The notes: a model not told the origin generated them from the sequence alone. A stretch of 64,000 nt of DNA from Utricularia gibba (GCA_002189035.1 NEEC01000002.1:3038001-3102000); one strand, 5' to 3'; positions 14,788-29,331 are shown, counted from the stretch's first letter. Numbers and translations: made by a program.

Positions 14788-16496
14788 ATGCCGCTATCGC
14801 CTCCGCCGCCGCTGATGCCCATGTTCTCAATGAAAAACAATATTTCCTCTCCGCCCGGAAAACCCAAATCGCCGTCGTCCCAAACCCTCATCCTCGTCTC
14901 AGGCATCTTCTTCTTTGTCTTCGGCTTGACGATAGGGATGATATTCTGCATCAACCACAAGACTCTCTTCTTCAATGTACAGATCAACGACGACGTTGTC
15001 CGGGGGCAGTTTTTCTTGGAAACAGCGCAGCCTACGCCGCCGACGTCGCCCGGGAACCGAAGTGAACCTCCCCCGTCGCTCAACGAAAGCGGAACTGACC
15101 TTCTTCCCTCGTCCACAGGAAGCCAAAGTGAAACTCTCACATCGTCGACCGGAAGCGGAAGTGAACCTCCCCCGCCGCCGACCGGAGGCCGAAGTGAAAC
15201 TCCCCAGTTGCCGACGGGATGCCGATGTGAATCTCCCCCGGTGAAACACGAAGCTCCGCCGGCGGTGATTCGAAGCGATCTCGAGCTTCTGTGGCGTGCG
15301 TCAGTGGCAGCGGAGTCGGAGGAATCCAAGAATCCTGAGAAGCCGAAGCTGGCGTTCATGTTTTTGACCAAGGAAAGGGTTATTTTGGCGCCGTTTTGGG
15401 AGAAATTTTTCAAAGGAAACGAAGGCTTGTATTCAATCTACGTCCATGGCGATCCTGATTACAACGGAACGGATCCCGAAGATTCAGTATTTCATGGAAC
15501 AAGGATCCGTAGCAAGGTCCGTTCATGCCTCTTTTTTTTTTTAATTTTAATTTTATGTTCTCTCTCGCAAAACCCACCCAATTACGAAAAAAAAAATTCT
15601 ATTTTGAAATTGGGTAATCTCAATTTTTATATTTTCGCCTTCATATTCATGTTTTTTATTTGAATAATGCTCAATAAATTACAATTATCTAATATAACTA
15701 ATGCTTCATTCATATTTGAATGCCAGATCTAATAACGGATAAAAGAAATTATTTTGTAAATAAACTGATGTGAAAATGCAGAAGGTGGAGTGGGGAAAAA
15801 TAAGCATGGTGGAAGCGGAGAGAAGACTCCTGGCGAGCGCGCTTCTGGACTATTCAAACCAGCGCTTTATCCTCCTCTCGGACTCCTGCATCCCTCTCCG
15901 CAACTTCTCCACCATCTACAACTACATCATGAACACCGCCCTCAACTTCGTCGAGGTTTACGACGATCCCTCCTACGTCGGCCGGGGGCGCTACAGCTAC
16001 GAGATGAGCCCCACCATCACGCTGGATCAATGGCGGAAAGGCTCCCAATGGTTCACCATCGACCGCCACCTCGCTGGTCAGGTTAGCATAAGTACGCGTC
16101 TTATATTACGATTGAAAAGTTCGAGTAATCGGTGGTTTGTGATAGATGATCTCGGACGAAGAATACTTCCCACTGTTCTCGAGACACTGCACCGGCGACT
16201 GCTACGCCGACGAGCATTATTTGCCGACGATGGTGTACATGAATTTCGCGGCGAGTAGCGCGAATCGGACCCTCACATGGGTCGACTGGTCCATCGGCGG
16301 ACCGCATCCCACCGCGTACCCAGTGAACATTATCTCGCCGGATTTTCTGAGGGGCATCCAGATGGCGGGGGCGCCGTGTCTGTATAACGGCGAAGAGATA
16401 CGTGAGACCTGCGTGCTGTTCGCCAGGAAGTTCGACGAGAGTTCGTTGACAGTGCTGTTGGATCTGGCGCCAGGTATCATGCATTTCAACCCATAG
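14788..16496 (+). CDS. DUF266/BC10-type core-2/I-branching-like glycosyltransferase (exons 14788-15516, 15782-16081, 16146-16496)
   Basis: N-terminal TM anchor, KLAFMFLT...LAPFWEKFFKGNEGLYSIYVH, KVEWGKISMVEAERRLLASALLDYSNQRFILLSDSCIPL, WRKGSQWF, CYADEHYLPT, NRTLTWVDWS, LFARKF; frame-consistent GT-AG introns. Confidence 0.92.
15052..15249 (+). repeat. Six degenerate 33-bp (11-aa) in-frame tandem repeats in the glycosyltransferase stem region
   Basis: GNRSEPPPSLN / ESGTDLLPSST / GSQSETLTSST / GSGSEPPPPPT / GGRSETPQLPT / GCRCESPPVKH with an exact 33-nt period. Confidence 0.9.
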
Positions 16497-17021
16497 AGGG
16501 ATCGTCGTCCGGCAATTGGTTGCGGAAATGGACTACGTGGCGTGTGTTTTCACCGCTGGATGGCACAAGAGTTACACACTACGCAGGAAGCATTTTGAGG
16601 TCGCCAGGCGTGGTCAACCTATTTTTTTAATTAAATATATTAAATGTATGAATATTACGACTCCAAATAATTAAGTGTACGAAAATAATTAAAAGGTACT
16701 CATTATTACAGGTAATTAGATTTGGTACGAGATGGGCGACATATTGCCACAAGGGGGCAAAACGTTATGTTGATTCTTTAATACAAAATTAAAAACAATT
16801 GATCACATCATTTATCCCTAGTTACTATGACAAACAAATTTTAGAGGCCCCTCGTGGCTCAAATTCTTCTGGGGACAATGTGGTTGTGACCACAGGTGGA
16901 GGTTGAAGTTTTTTTTTTTTTGAGGTGGACCAATTAATTGGTATATATAAATATTATAAAGTTTTTACGTAGGGATACAAAATGCATAATACATAATTAG
17001 AATTTTAAAAAAATAATATAA

Positions 17022-18800
17022 TTAAAAGTCAACTCTTCGTTTCTTCAAATCATTGAAGCCTCTTATCATATTACCATAATCATATTTTTCTAAACTTTCA
17101 TCTTGTATATAATTCATCAAGATGTTACTAAGAAAATCACCTACCATCCTACTACTCAAATTATTTTTGATTATCTTAAAAACTAGAAATATATGTTTTA
17201 CACAAGATATAGAAGTGGAAACAGTAACAAATAATTGGAACAATTTATCAAACATGCCATAAGTAATATGTGTACAACTTTTAATTAGGCTTTCATATAA
17301 TTCATTGATTATTCCTATTTTTTTTTAAAACTCTACATCACTTGAGTATTCTAAAACAAAGAGTTACAACTATCTCATCACACACATTATGGAAACAATT
17401 TTTTTTTTAACAAAAACCGTATGTATTATCTTCATCACCTTAAATTTCATCAGAAGATTAGTCACTAATATTTCTTAAAACTGAACTAATTGTGATAAAA
17501 ATTTGATAACACTAGAAATACAATTTAAGTGAAAGCCCCAGCTACTATCGCTTGATCATTGCAATGATCCAATTTGGTTTGCTTCTCAACCAGTTTCAAG
17601 CTCATCAATACTTATCAAGTGAGCTAACTTAAATACTTTTTATAAAATGTCTTTTTATTAAAGAGTTTTAGCATCTATGATAAAACCGAGCTTTTGAAAA
17701 AACTGAGAGATAGATATGACTTATTTTGAATTTATAAATAATAGCAAATTATGAATCATGAACATAACAATGAACATATTATGTATAAGGATATTTCATG
17801 GTAATTATTGCTTGTAACCCTTTCAACTCTTTTTTCATATTACTTTTATCCATGATATTATTGATCACATAAATTCTGAATATGCGTATCAAGCTAGTGC
17901 ATTATAGCAGCCTTACAATAGATGTTCAATATCTAATAAAACACTGTTAATGGAACATTAGACAGTTTTAATCAAATCATTTTTGCTGAATTGGTTAAAC
18001 CATCATCCCAAATTCTTAGGAAATATCATGGTATAATTAACTAAATTATATTGATTATAGAATATCTCTTGAGAACATTACATAGTTCTTTTTCTAATAT
18101 GAAAGCTCTAGTATTTTCAACATGGAATAACTCAAAAAAAAAAGTGCATATACTACTACATTTTATCAACAAATTTCAAAACGAAGGTCATCTATTCTCT
18201 GCAACATCACAAGCTTCATCAATAATAATATCAAATTTAGAATGATGAATCTCGAATATGCTTTCATATCATTGATGGATAAATACTTCGAGTTTTCTTC
18301 GTAATATCTAAAGATATACATTTTGAATTATAAGAACGTTTTCTTGATTTCTAAATATATTTTTTTTATGATGATCTCATAAAGCATGACCTTGAAATGT
18401 AAGTATCTCACTATAATAATCTTGACTTTCAAATATAAATGATTTCTTTCTCTTTTTTTGATTGTTGTGTATATGAATAATATTCTCTAAATGACCAATG
18501 GATTCAGTAAGGTATGATAAAATCTCATAGTATTATCATGATGAGAACATGGATCAAAAGCTATGTGTGTCACGAAACAACAATTTTACAATGAAAACAT
18601 CTTAATGATGTTGCCTTTTTACATTAACAGAAAATAAAAAACAAATAAAACAATAGACGATGCTTTCTTATTGAATATTCTAACCTTTCGGACCCTAAAC
18701 AATGTAATTGTATGGAACCCAATTTCAACCAAGCTCTTCGTATGGTATTAAACTTATGAATCCATTGCTATCAAAACAAGACCTGATACATGAATGTCTC
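17022..18800 (-). mobile_element. Degenerate hAT (ZMYM1/TTF-type) transposase relic
   Basis: ORF 17255-17022 (LFVTVSTSISCVKHIFLVFKIIKNNLSSRMVGDFLSNILMNYIQDE...FNDLKKRRVDF) matches the hAT C-terminal dimerisation region. ~18790-18660 reads IRRAWLKLG...LEYSIRK, like the TTF N-terminal domain. Many stops between. Confidence 0.7.
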
Positions 18801-20280
18801 CTTGTTATACTAATAAGTATCTTTAAAGCAAGGTCTACCTTAATTATTTGAGTACTCAAAAATCAAAGATATCCCCATAAGACCTCAAATAGGATTCCAT
18901 AAAGAGTCATTCTTTATTTTTTTTCTTTAATGACACTTTATTGTAGATACATATAATGACTACAATATAACAACCTTTTTAAATTTTTGCATTGAAGAAG
19001 GAGCCTTGCTCCTTTACTAACAACACAAACATGAAAACTGGAGAGTATTGCAATCTTTAGAAAATTAAAAATATAATATAATCCAAAAAGTTATTTTTGA
19101 AACTTAGCACATTCACCTTTTTTAGCATACCTTTTTCTCTTTGATATGAGTGAAAAAAAATTGAATATCAATGAGTGAAAAGAAAAATAAAAAAATATTC
19201 CTGGACATTGATTGATATGATTAATAAGAAAAGAAATAAAGGCAAGGGTTTTGTTTAAGAATTATAAAATTTAATTAATATTGATATTCAATTTTTTTAA
19301 AGGGAAGATAAAGTTCTAACAAATAAATATATAAAATATAGATAGTTATAGAAAATAATTTTCAAATAGTGCTATTTGACTAATAAGTTTTTTGCAATAT
19401 GCTATTTTACTAAAAATATCTAATAGACGTGGAATAATGCACACAGATTATTAATATAATGCAAAGTGCTATTCCAAGTCTATTGCTATTATTAATATAT
19501 AATAGGTTTGGAATAATGAACCCTAGATTTATGTCTTTTTTCTCTTCACAAACCCAGATAAATCCATGAGGGGAGAAAATTAGAACACCTAACTTATTGA
19601 TCTTAACTTAGCAATAGATGGAATTTTGGGGTTGAGTTCAATAGAATGAGATAGACTTGATCCTATAAATCATAAAATAAGGGATCTAAAAAATATTGGA
19701 AGCCTTAAACCAAAACTTAAAAAGAAGGAACTTGAGCAGACTCAAATATCTTTGCGATACTTTTATTTTTAAAAAGTTGAGATAATAATTTTATTGGGCA
19801 CACTGGCCTTGAAATCTCGAAGCATTATATTTGATATATTCAAGTTAGTGTTCGAGTTATCCTAATCAGTACTTTTATATTAAAAGTTACAATTCGAGTT
19901 TCATTTGTTTTAACTAAGAATTAAAATCGATTATCAAATTTTAATAAATAAACTTTCACACACAAAACACTAGGCTTCTTATGTTCGATCCTAATTCCAT
20001 TTTAATATTTCATTTGAGTTGAATTTGATTGAGAATTGAGATTTGGAAATGTATATGATACAAGAATTCAATTATTGTGCAATGATTTATAATTTTTCAT
20101 TTATAATCTAGGCACTGGAATATTCTCACAAAAAGAGATTAGTTCTTCTGTGCAGCCAAATTCTCATCTTGTTTTTTGAGGAGATGGAACTAAGGGAAAT
20201 TTTAATGCAGAAAATCTAAGGAATAATTTATTACTAAGGATACATTAATAATTTAGAATTAAAAAACACTTTTGATGAAT

Positions 20281-20412
20281 TTATTTTATTAAATACAAAT
20301 TGTTTCTATGAATTAAAAGTAGTCACATCCAAATATATACCATTTTTTATTTTATTAAATACAAATTGTTTCTATGAATTAAAAGTAGTCACATCCAAAT
20401 ATATACCATTTT
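20281..20412. repeat. Perfect 66-bp tandem duplication
   Basis: 20281-20346 is repeated exactly at 20347-20412. Confidence 0.95.
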
Positions 20413-21639
20413 TCTAGAAAAATGGTTTTGCAAAAGTAATTCTTAAGGGCTTGAACCAAATGGAACCGAATTCATATAATTGTTTCTAACTTATTAATCA
20501 TTCTTTGAGCGTTTATCGTATGATTTTAAGTGTTTTGCCAAAATTTAGGGATGGGAATGACTTTGATTTAACCTATCCTATGTTCTAACTGATTAAGTCT
20601 AGCTAAAATCTTAGAATCAGGGGCATGATAGAAAATTCGCGCAACAGCCATTCAGCATGACACGTAGCATATAAGAAGGAGACAATGAGTGCAACTTTCA
20701 TTGTAACAGACTGTGGGTTAGAGATAGAAAAAGTACCGATGTCAAAAATTGTACTTGCATTGGAAAAGAATAGAATAAGATATTTTAAAAAAAAAGAATC
20801 ACAAAAAAAAGAGGGATGAGACCCTAGAAGGAACGAAGAGGGAAGGAAGAAGACGATTTTAAGAAGAAAAAACTCCAACATGAAGAATGCACATCAAAAC
20901 CCAATTTAGAATTACTATTCCGGATAGTAAATAGTAGCAAACGAAAAAATAGAATATTTTACTTTGTCTTTATGGTTGCTTTCCTTATAATAAACAAGGT
21001 ATCCTCTTCACTTTATGTTTATTAAATCATGCTTTTATTTATCAAATATGATTGGCGAGACTTAGGAATGGTTCAAAGGTGTAAATGTGATGTGCTTTAA
21101 GTTTGCTAGATAATGTACAATTGTATACATTAATAATTTGTTTTTAACATTTCTCTAGTAAACCTAAAAGAGGAAACGAATAACATTACAACTCATATCC
21201 TTCATTCAGATATAGACCAAAGAATCAAAATGAGAATAGTATGTAGGTATTAGATCGAATCAACAAAACTGAGTAGATTTAATTTTATATATTTTGGCAT
21301 ATAGATTGATCTAAGTATGAATTGGTAATAACATTAGGGATTGTGATAGCTCAAAATATGAGAAAAAAACTAGATAAACTTATATTGTTTAAATATGCAT
21401 TTCGAGAAATTGTAGATTAGATTAGAAATTCGAAAACCAAATCATTTGAGCTACATCGAAAAATACATTACAAACACCTACTTCTTGATCAACCCTGATT
21501 CTATCATTCTACACTTTGTGTTTGAAATGATTGTGATAGAATTGGATTTATAAATTTATTTGATGTGAAAATTTAATTTCTTTTGCAACGACACTGAAAT
21601 TTTCATTTATCATGATGTCATGCATTACGTTCATTATTC

Positions 21640-24400
21640 AAGTAATTAGATCAAGGTCTTTCAGAAATCTATAAACCCACAAGACTTCCTTTGTAGCTTT
21701 AGATATAACAACGTACATTGTTTCCATGGATGAAAGTGCCACACAATTTTGCAAACTTGACATTCACCCAATTCCTATGCCTCCAATAATTGCAATTAAT
21801 TTTGGGATAGTCCTCCTAATGTCTAAATCACCTATTAGATTCAGATACATAACACAAGTAACCACTTTACTACCTCCCAAGGCATTGAATTAGGGTTAGG
21901 CATAAACCAACTAATGTAATTGATTGAATATGCTATTTCAGGCCAACAATTAAACATGAGATACATTATAGAGCCAACTAGCGACGAGAAGGGCTTGCTT
22001 TGCATTTCTAATTTTTTTTAATTAAGCTTGGGATAGAATTCAAATAATTTGCAGGATTCATTGAACCCCTAGTACTAGTTTACAATCAGTCATTCCAAAC
22101 TTTATGATGATATGTTGCACGTATTGGCTTTTGTTGAGATACAAAATTCGTTTGTTCCGATGTTTTACAATATCAATTTCTAGGATACGCTTTGCTGCAC
22201 TCATACCCTTCATATCAAATTATGTTGAAAGTTGTTCCTTCAACCTGTTAATGACCTTCAGAGACGACTTATGAGTAACATATGTTTAGTGTACAATGTT
22301 AGTATCGCAAATCATTAGCAAACTTCTTTTTATAGATATATAGATGTGAATCTGACTTTGCATAATCAATTTATGCATAAAAGAATTGAACTCAAGATTC
22401 TACTCCCTGGGGATTTGTTTGAGCCCATAAAACTCTTCTTATGCTGACATATCAAATGCTCATAAAAAAACTAGGTATTTGTTTCATGAATTTCCTTTAA
22501 TTCACCATGTAAGAAAACTCATCTCACATCCATATGATGCAATTCTAAATCCAATTGAGCACAAAAGCAAACATAAACTTAACTAGAGGTGATGAAATAT
22601 ACTCATAGGTATTATTATTTTTTTCATATCTACATCATTTCTTTAATCATGGCATCACACTTTGACTTTTCTGGTGACTTCATGATTTTTTCTACAGTTT
22701 CAGGTTGTCTATCCTCAGTAAGTAGTATAAACTACTTTAATGCATATTTGGAATTTGATATCAGCTCTCTAATTGATCTCCTCAAAGATCTAAAAACAAC
22801 TAAATGATCTTCTTCAATTGATTATTCAAGCATTATCACAAGTTCATTCCTAAGAATTGGACCTCTAGTGCCGATGATTGACTAGGAGACAAATTATGTG
22901 AAGCAACCTCCCATTGACTTAAGATTTATACAAATTTCATTCTCTAGTCTCTCATGGTATAAATCAGAACATTTCTAATCTTCAAAAATTGCACGTCTCT
23001 AGACCTAAGAATTTTTTGAGATGCAACATCCAAAAATCTATTCTTCATGTCTTTTTCACCATAACCCAAAAACAAGCATGATCTCATATGATTATTCAAC
23101 TTCTTTATTTGATGACACGACACCAGCACTAACACTTTATAACCAAATACCCTCAAATATCTAAGATTCACTTTCCTACCACACAAGTGCTCCTCTGGGA
23201 TGCCAAACTTAAGGGCCTTCTTTGGAATCATGTTAGATGAATAACATGCAATTTTCAATGCGTCTCCTAAAAAATAATCAAGTAAATTTGCAACCTTCAA
23301 CATACATCGTGTCTTGTCAATTAAGGTTCTATTCAACCATTCAGCTATATGATTATGCTATGGTGTTCTAAATTCAACTACCACTTTCTTGATGCCAAGA
23401 TCACAAAAATATTGATTAATTCCTCACTAAAATATTCACCTCCATTATCCAACTATAGATACTTTAGCTTAATGCCAAATTTCCTCTCCACTAACAGATG
23501 AAACATCTTGAAGTACTCAAATACATTTGAATTTCTCTTCATGAGATATATTGACAATTTTCTAATAACATCATCAATAAAAGTCAAGTAGTGTCTCATG
23601 CTTCAGACAATGAAGACATTCACAAATTCTCCAACATTAGAAAACACAGTATCCAACTTGTTAGTGCTTATCATTACTCATGCCCAAAACCCAAAAGGTA
23701 GGAATCATGACTATCAATCCCCAGATGTAGGAATCCAAGGAAACCTTACTCGCATAATATACATTCGGAACAACTTAGTCTCAGTTTATATACATAATGT
23801 TACATCACCAATCAAACATGCAAAAAAACCACAACAAGCCTACATGGAACATCCCCCACATGCAACTTATTATCCTACAGCCACCAAGAAGCTCCCCATA
23901 GCCTGGAAAGGTACACTCCTACCTTTGTTAATCACCTGATTTTTAGTTATTCCCACCACATCTTGAACAAGTGTAAAATATAGAGTGGTCATGCTACTAT
24001 AATTTGGTGAAAGATAAATATGAATGAAGTAGAGCGAGAAACGCTTGAGCATAAAATCTGAAGAAAACACATTACCGCATTGTGAGTCTCATAGTCTATC
24101 TTTGCCCAAGTCCCTTGACCTGTTGGCTTATGCATCACCTCCAAATCTTAAGAGTTTGGTCATGTATTATTCAAGTTCATCAATAGTGATCAGGAGAGTC
24201 ACCAATCAACCACCACCTCCAAACCCAGACCATATCATGCATCACCATGTTTCCCTCATCTTTCTTGCTTGGCTTACCCCATAAGGACGTCTCATACATT
24301 TCTGACATAATTAGCCATAAATCCCATGGTTAAAACCATGTTGCTAGAAATGTGAGTCCACACCCCTCATCATTTTCTAACATATGTTCACATAGCACAT
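21640..24400 (-). mobile_element. Degenerate Ty1/copia retrotransposon (integrase, RT/RNase H relics); boundaries approximate
   Basis: 23336-22944 MNRTLIDKTRCML...LRVFG...SCLFLGYG...ILRSRDVQF is a Tnt1-like integrase C-region. ~21740-21645 QNCVALSSMETMYVVISKATKEVLWVYRFLKDL is copia RNase H. No LTRs recognised. Confidence 0.8.
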
Positions 24401-25249
24401 AGATAAAGAACATTGAGAATTTCATATACTTCAAAAGGGAAAAACATAATTGAAAAACGACCAACAAGGTCACTTATTCCTTAAAAATAGCAATTAAAGT
24501 TTAAGCAAGAGGATTTTAGGAACTCTAAATTGATTTTCGAACACCAAATAATAAAAGAAATGACGATTTCGAAAGAGCATGCCCTACTGGTCTTTTCAAA
24601 ACAAAGAATAACAAAGAAGAAAGATGAGCTTGCAAAATAGAAAGAACACCTTTTGAAAGTAAAAAAAAAAAAAACATATAAGCATATAGCCACATTTTGT
24701 TCCAGAGAAACTTTGGAAGTATGTTTCTCAAAAAAAGGGTCAGTAGCACTCATCCCAATTAGCTTATTCCTTGCAAAACATCCATTTCTTACAACTAAAC
24801 CTATGAAATCTCTTCCTCTTCCGTTATATCCTCTAACTCCTTCCCACTACACTCTAATTCTTAAGATCTTTCCTCAAAACACGCTCAATACTAATATTAA
24901 TATACATGAGTTAGCATCCATTCTAACCTAAGATTGCCCTGTGGCCTTTAACACATGCATCTCTTCTATTGGTTGCTGAAAACAATCTCCATGTTTTTGT
25001 GGGACCTTCCCCTTATTGAATCTATGCACAACCATGACCATTATAGAGATATCATGCCTAATAGAGATAGTAAAGACTGTTGGGCATTGCATTGCTTATA
25101 TGCAAACTTAAATGCTACACATTGTTATTTCCCATAAAGACAACTTTCACACAAAGAGTTAGCACCACTAGAATCAATTAGACCGCTATTGAATAATGTT
25201 GTATATTAGTTGCCCATTTGTGACCAAGTCTCTTGTGCCATAAATCAAA

Positions 25250-28200
25250 GTTTTTTATGGAATCGATTATTGAGTTGAGCATTCTCATAGCATATTACAA
25301 ATTTGTTTTGTATAATCGACTCACCACATATCCTTTGGTGATTACCATTGACCTACATATTAGCTTCCATATTCTTGATCCCAAATTTTGCATCTAACTC
25401 TCTTATTGAATTTAGTGGAAATGAAATATTTTTATCCATCTTATTGATAAATGCAATAAAACATTGAGATCATTATTTGAACTTGGAACTCCAAAGATGA
25501 ATACCATATTCATGTATCTTTTAAAACAACTACTTCTAAAGTAAACGTAGAATAATCATGACCACGAGTATATTATTTTTTCCAAGCTATTGAACAATTT
25601 TTACATTTCCAATGCATAAAATCAATACTTCCAAATATACCGAGAATCCCCATTTCATTTTCCCATAATAATAATCATTGAATATCACTTGGATTGGGTC
25701 TTCTCAATTACTCAGTTTCAAACATCTCATGAACTCCTCAAACAAAGGATCTTAAGGGTCATTTGCTAAGAGGATTAGAAGATCTATAATTTACACATAT
25801 ACCATTGTTTGATTTACACAAGAGGATTTTAGGGACTCTAAAATTACACATACACCATTGTTTGATTAGTATATGTATACCAATCTTTTATTGCTATACT
25901 ACTAATATATTCATTTTTGAGTATAAGAGTGGTATATACAAATGGAGGGGGAACCTAATTATATGTATACCACTCATATACTCCAATTTCTATTCTCGCA
26001 TATTAAACATTATTGACAATTGAGTATATTGATATGTGTCGTTTCCACAATAAATTTTAATATTTTTAAAATTCGTAAAACACAAAAGCGTAGTACGAAT
26101 GTCGAATGTAGAGAGTTGTTTTTCAATGAAAGGTGAGGTATACCAAATACAACTATCACGATTTGTAAATGGTTTTGGAAGTAAAATGAGCGAGAAACGT
26201 AAATGATGAAACTTGAGTAAAGGGATAAGAGGGTTTTAAACAAATAACGGAAATAAACGTAAGCGATGAACCTTAAATAAAGTGAATTTTCCTGGGTTTG
26301 GAATCCTGCCCAATTATATTCGCTGCATCTTGACTCTTCTCTGGTCTTCTCTAGTACTCGATTATAGAAGCAACGAATTGCCTACCCTCCCTTACACTCT
26401 CTTGCAAGAAGGCACAGGAATAGCCTGATCTTGCTCTTCCTTGGACGAACATAAAGATAAGAAGTCCTGCCAGCATACCCTCATGGTTGAATTGTGCGCG
26501 TGTGCCCAAATGTTGCCAATGACCAAATGAGTTCACTATCTGTCCATTGATCCTGAGGTACGGCCACAAACAAAACGTTGTCTTCCTCCTACCAAAAGGG
26601 CATGAGTTGATGCTCTCCACCTTACTACTCTTTAAGACTCGCAAATAGTGATTAGCTAACCATGACTCTTGAATAAGGAGATTGTTACAGAAAGATTGTA
26701 ACATAGTCACGTGAAGGCATATGGAACCCATTCAGATTCAAAGAAAAGATGAAGATAAACTAACGAAACATAGATTTGAGAGTATCCCAACCCAGAAACG
26801 GGTTTCAAGCTGCAAACGGCCATATAAACTAAAGAGAACAAAAACAGATTCTAGAGATAAGCTAGAAGAAAATCCTCTAGAGAGAAAAACAAAAATCTAA
26901 ACTAAACTGAAAGTTAATTTCAAAGTTGTTCGAACTGAATTGAGCTGAATTATTTTGTCTGAGTTTTCGTATTCCTCTGGTTTTTTTGGACTTGAGTGAC
27001 TTGCAAGCAAACGTCTACTCTGATATTGGTACGCTAATGATTTCTCCTGTTAAAGACTCCCGTGTTCCGCACGTCAAGCCTCATGATTAGGCATCTACAA
27101 TCTTCCGAAAATCAAGGGGATGTCAGCTCGGAAAGATCCAATTTGTTGCCATCTGCTGTCCTCTTTCTATCACTTCCTTCCACGTGTGCGCCTCTAGCAA
27201 AACTTAAATAAAATCTAGCAAAAATATTAAATAAAATACAAGATTTAGGATAATTATCCTAAACTAGATAAAAACCTAAATTTCATATTATAGACTCCTA
27301 ATTAGATGATTCTAATCACATTTAGATATAAAAACAAAGAAAAAGAAAATAAGAAAATGACACTTAACGTATATGCATACTCAATTGCACTACACTTAAA
27401 ATAATAATACTTTGCTATCAAACGACCTCTCAAGCATTTGAAGGCACTAGAAACTCTAATTCTAAGATATTCATCACAAGCATCGGTGCCATAACCGTAG
27501 GCGAGCTTCCTCATGGCAGTTGTGTACATTTGTATTGTGCTAAGAGACACCCACCAAGTAGCATCAAAATTCTCTTGAAGATAAGAGCACCCTTGACATA
27601 CACTTGGCATACTCTTGAAGACAATGAGCAATGCATTCTAAAACGATGATGGAATATTTGGTCAGTATAGGTAGCATTGATCATAAAGGCTGACTTATAT
27701 GAGAATGTTGTGGAGTGATTGGATTAGGAGTCGAATAGCCTAATAGTGCATGATTGCAAGTCTCAATGTACAAGTATTTTTGAAAATCACTCATTTTAGA
27801 AACATTCATGTAAAGTAATTTCCTCAACTCATGAGCAGAGTTAATTATTATGTTGTATTGGAGCAATTGATTATGATGCTCCGTAGTTCAAGTGTAGTCA
27901 ATCATTCTTTCTCCTACCATAACAAGGGCTTTTTTCTTTTCTTGTGAACCATTTTGATCCTGAAATAACTTAGCAGCCTTTTGAGCCATTGGATGTCTTT
28001 CATGAGTTGGTGACTCTATCGCTATTTTTGCAAACTTACTTGGAAGTGTAATGGATTGAACCGATGATATAGTTGCTAGTTTTTTCTTCTTAAGATTTTG
28101 CTTTGCCATGTGTCGATTAAGTATGATGCATTCAACAATAAAGAAAATAAAAATTATCGATGTTGACATAAAATCTATAATTAGTTTTATTGTCTTTCAT

Positions 28201-28400
28201 TTAAGTTGATCAACTCTTTTTAAGCTTCTAGATATATAAATGGTTTTCCTTACTCTTCTTTGAACAGCTTTATTGCCATGTCAATTAAATCGTAATGATC
28301 ACGAGATATTCTATCAAATCTTCCCAAAAAAGCTTGCACCTTGGTACTAAGAATTATCAATCAATGTATTCAACCAACCCAAAACTAAGAGTAAAACTAA
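25250..28400 (-). mobile_element. Degenerate PIF/Harbinger element: Myb/SANT-like ORF1 relic (~28400-27900) and a split DDE transposase (~27630-27430, ~25750-25300)
   Basis: TTAMRKLAYGYGTDACDEYLRIRVSSAFKCLR; GVHEMFETE*LRRPNPSDIQ; GSIDFMHWKCKNCSIAWKK*YTRG (plant PIF transposase motifs). ORF1 shows LFKEE*GKPF and ERHPMAQKAAK. Confidence 0.8.
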
Positions 28401-29331
28401 GTCCACGTTGTAAGGGAATCATACCTGATGCAAAAGAAAATATCAATTAAAAATACAACAAAAATAAATAAACTTTTTCAATATAGTAGCAACCAAAATT
28501 CTGAGATGATTAACATATTCATTCTCACAATTTAATGCTCACATTAGGTAGAGACCTCAATAAATGAAAATCAAGAGAACAATTTTCCTAAAAACTAAAG
28601 AATACTAGATATTTTAATCTAGAGAAAAACCTACTAATAAACATATGTTAATGCTTTCTTATTTGGATAATAACTTGGGTTTCATAGTTTTTCAACTAGT
28701 AAACTACTTAAACAAAGGTGACCTATGAAAAAAATGAAACAGCAAAGTCTAAAAAATTGATATCACTAATATTAAAATAGAACACAAAGAGAAGCTTCTT
28801 GGAAGAAGAAAAAAAAGGGCAAAAAAAATACTGTTGAATTCAAGCCTTCAATAAAAAAACTCTGTCTTATCTAATTAGCAAAAATAAAACCAATGGCACA
28901 AAAACATCGAGAACAAATGAATAATTAGAAAAAAGTACCCAGTCTTATTTGTCAATAAAAGAGAAAAAAACTTAAAAGAAGATGACTTATTGATCAAGAA
29001 CGTATCGGGATGATGATGAGCAGATGAAAAAAAGGAGTCACAAAGATACTAGCAAGATGCCAAAGTAGCATGGAAAACACCCAAACTTGTGTTCTAGTAG
29101 GGAGAATGAAGAATAAATCAATCCATTTTTTTTTTTTTTTTTACTTTGGGCAGACACATGTCACCTCAAAACACTTTTTTACATTTATGGATAGACACCT
29201 ATGCACATGCTCTTATGAAGGAAGCCCCTTGTAGGTATTAGACTCCAATTTGGAGTGGAAGATGATCAATATTTTGTTGAGGTTAGGGTGCTTAACAAAG
29301 AACATTGTTATGTCTACTGGAGTTCGATTAG

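Noticed and set aside
14766-15413. 215-aa and other antisense or alternate-frame ORFs over the DUF266 gene
   Set aside because: Shadows of GC-rich coding sequence and the 33-bp repeat; no recognisable domain.
15052-20412. Short periodic repeats as a CRISPR-like array
   Set aside because: No unique spacers, eukaryotic context, no cas genes.
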